From NCBI GenBank assembly GCA_000934665.2, contig KZ537987.1, positions 1 through 64,000 of the forward strand: a stretch of DNA of 64,000 nt, in the 5' to 3' direction. Each line of letters opens with the position of its first letter. The stretch's first letter is position 1. The position numbers and the translations under genes are program-made. Positions 62,653 through 64,000 of this stretch are shown piece by piece. The notes under the pieces were generated by a model, which was given only the letters and a program-made list of their open reading frames with translations, was not told where the DNA came from and did not search any database. Source of the DNA: Catajapyx aquilonaris (Eukaryota).

Positions 62653-64000
62653 TATATCGGATATTGGCTGATTTATTTGGAAACGATGCCAGTGCATACT
62701 GGACCAGTACATGAAAAATGAAATATTGAGGGCGGATAAAATGAAGTTAAAAGTACAACTCAATTTCTTATAATAAACTAAAATTTTAAAGGAAAATTTC
62801 ATTTTAAAGATGTGCTGGAGAATGTTATTTACACTGACTGTGAGATCAAATGTAACTAAACTTGTTTTTCCTCTCCAGACCGGTTGAAACCAGCCGTTGC
62901 TTTTGTGTGCACCTTCATTACATTCTTCCAGCATATATATCATTTCAAGGCGAAATTGTGCCGAATATTTTTGGGGGCAGGACCCGCCCGGCTTCCAAAC
63001 TCCAAAAAATTATGCACCCCAAAAAATAGCCTGGGCCACACAATGATGATTGTATCCAGGGTATCCAGCCAGCAAGTGCGAACCGTTTTATTCGGTCGTC
63101 ACACATCAAGCGGCCTTTCAGTCACCGGCTCAGTAACGTGAGATAACAAGAAACGTACATTTGATCATGCAAATACAGTGCCACCGGTTCAACCCTCCAA
63201 AATGCCTCCAGAGAAGGAAAGGAAGAAAGAAAAAAAAGAAAGAAAATGCAGAGCTCCAGGACCGCTTGTTTTTACACCAAGAGAGGCGGAAACTCCGGAA
63301 TGGAATGGGGGAGAAGACGCCGGAACATCCTTGTACCTATCTCCAGCATGTGTTTCAGAATGGTGCGTCTTTTTTGAGAACGAAAAAAAGAAGGGAATTC
63401 GATCACGGTTGGAAATGATGATGGACAAACATGAGGGGGTTTTGCTGGCTGTGCGACGACAGACTCGCAACAGCGACGCCATTTTAAGGGTCGAGCCTGT
63501 TGAAAGTAGTCCAAGTGGGTGAGGCGGCCCCCCCAAATAGTTGGACGGGGGAGAAAGAAAAAAAATACGGGCTTCATCATTCATAAGACAGGCCCGATAG
63601 TCCGCAAATCCTCGCCAACTTCCGTTTTGATGGGAGTTCCAAATGGTGGAAGTTTGCGATGCACGCCCAATAAAGCGAGGGAATGGCGGAGGAATATGGG
63701 GCGACGCTGACGTGGACCTGACCCCCTCCCCCTTTTTCATATATAAAAAAAACTGGAGGAATATTTTGGGGGGACGTGGGTGACAACCGTGTTTCCTCGT
63801 TTTGTGCACCGGGTGCAGACGGAATATCGTTACCGGATGGGGGATGTGGTCATGCTCAGGAATAAGGAGCCTTGCCAATATACCAGGCTTGATTGCGTGA
63901 AACGACGCCATTTTAGGGCCGATGGTGTTATAAGCCTGTTCTGGACTGCAATTGAAGGCTAATGATCTGTAATAAGATATTTTCAAGTTTTCACATTTAA

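Larger units (their letters stand above)
26087..64000 (+). other. Tmtc3: Partial Tmtc3 gene span: introns 26278-43305 (17,028 bp), 43443-48454 (5,012 bp) and 48537 to beyond the window end
   Basis: The three exons total 405 nt (135 codons) with no stop. I did not find the expected next exon (VTG.VGRAE-like) in 48537-64000. Confidence 0.85.

Noticed and set aside
63189..63986. Longest ORF in the track (265 aa, minus strand)
   Set aside because: No recognisable domain, and it runs through homopolymer and purine-rich low-complexity tracts; consistent with a chance ORF.
48537..64000. Tmtc3 exon 4 (expected to start with a VTG.VGRAE-like peptide)
   Set aside because: No acceptor followed by matching codons was found by eye; it probably lies beyond the window. 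TBLASTN would settle this.

Overview
Eukaryotic, very probably insect, genomic DNA with two assembly gaps and no prokaryotic features. The only well-supported gene is the 5' part of a Tmtc3 orthologue (TMTC-family protein O-mannosyltransferase) on the + strand. Three small coding exons (26092-26277, 43306-43442, 48455-48536) have canonical GT-AG sites and compatible phases and splice into 135 aa of the conserved N-terminus. The third exon is not in the ORF track. Introns are 17.0 kb, 5.0 kb and at least 15.4 kb, and the gene continues past the right edge. The rest is non-coding and carries many small mobile elements and repeats. These include a full-length tRNA-derived SINE with TSDs inserted into an ~86-bp tandem array, two near-identical hairpin MITEs with TA-flanked CAGGG ends, and a nested stack (a CACTC-ended element hosting one of those MITEs plus a 71-bp truncated retro-insertion). 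There is also a hAT-type MITE, a 37-bp higher-order minisatellite and a perfect 72-bp palindrome. Some motif clusters and possible promoters are listed at low confidence. I did not find a convincing novel biological system; the best leads are mobile-element families whose novelty needs a database check. All coordinates and alignments were read by eye.
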